Origin: a virus
Virus record (IMG/VR): IMGVR_UViG_3300030331_006142
Coordinates: 66,654-130,653 of that record
Length of the DNA: 64,000 nt
Reading direction: 5' to 3' (one strand)
Shown: positions 63,564-64,000 of the stretch, one piece after another
How positions within the stretch are numbered: position 1 is the first letter of the stretch
How the letters are laid out: every line of letters begins with the position of its first letter
Made by a program: the position numbers and the translations under genes
Notes under the pieces: generated by a model
The model's database searches: none
The model's input: the letters and a program-made list of their open reading frames with translations, nothing else
What the model was told of the DNA's origin: nothing

Positions 63564-63645
63564 ATTTATAACCCTCCATTGGTTTTACCATTTATAATCA
63601 TGTCATGAAACTGGGTAGTTCATTACATCACTAATAATTAGTGCC

Positions 63646-63686
63646 AAAAAAAACAAAACCCCCGGGCAAATCAATGTCCGGGGGTT
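63646..63686 (-). terminator. intrinsic terminator after major capsid gene
   Basis: AACCCCCGG...CCGGGGGTTTTGTTTTTTT. Confidence 0.75.
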
Positions 63687-63716
63687 AAGTTCATTTAATT
63701 GCTTAAGAATTAAATA

Positions 63717-64000
63717 TTAAACGGCAGTCTTGCCTTCTTCACCAAGGAGACCACGTACAACAACAAGGCCATACATATCAGGTCGCACCATCTTCTTAGC
63801 GTAACGGGTCATGACACCCTTACGTGGCACGAAGTCTTCCGTACCAAAGATGGTTGGTGTTACCTGCAATGGTACATAAGGAGCATACACGAAGCCACTT
63901 TCGAGGAACGAGCTACCCTTACGGCCAACGAGGATTACGTTTCGCAAGAAGTATGGGTCAACGTAAACGTCGAACTTCTTACTCAAGCTACCAGCCTTAA
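63717..64000 (-). CDS. major capsid protein (T4 gp23-like), C-terminal fragment
   Basis: VYVDPY, GFVYAPYVPLQ, FVPRKGVMTRYAK motifs; continues beyond the window. Confidence 0.9.
   Translation of the reverse strand, partial: KAGSLSKKFDVYVDPYFLRNVILVGRKGSSFLESGFVYAPYVPLQVTPTIFGTEDFVPRKGVMTRYAKKMVRPDMYGLVVVRGLLGEEGKTAV

Overview
This window is a 64-kb slice of a large (jumbo/huge-type) myovirus-like bacteriophage genome. Essentially all genes lie on the minus strand and read with the standard bacterial code. In transcription order (right to left) it holds: the C-terminus of a gp23-like major capsid protein; neck, tail terminator, fibre, sheath, tube, chaperone, tape-measure and baseplate genes; a replication and nucleotide block (PolA-like domain, degenerate tubulin-like protein, gp32-like SSB, RecA, 5'-3' exonuclease, DnaB-like helicase, class II RNR, IscA, ThyX, DnaE, dUTPase, GuaB); a proteostasis block (ClpP, GroEL, GroES-like, glutaredoxin, Hsp20); and a ~12-kb accessory region with five tRNAs, UvsE, MutH-like and Smr nucleases and a MoxR/HExxH pair. 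The most unusual element is at 6053-7158. It is an array of six ~60-aa SH3/KOW-like ORFs with unrelated interiors, joined by a conserved ~25-30-nt dual-coding repeat. That repeat carries the Shine-Dalgarno, start and N-terminus (MKVGDLV) of one gene and the C-terminus and stop (ISE[S/G]R*) of the previous gene, which resembles an exchangeable gene-cassette system. Other leads are a myxobacterial-style Cys/Asp-repeat plus vWA lipoprotein, a ROSE-like 5'UTR on hsp20, a +1 frameshift candidate in the tail chaperone and a candidate late-promoter motif. All calls come from reading motifs by eye; no database search was run.
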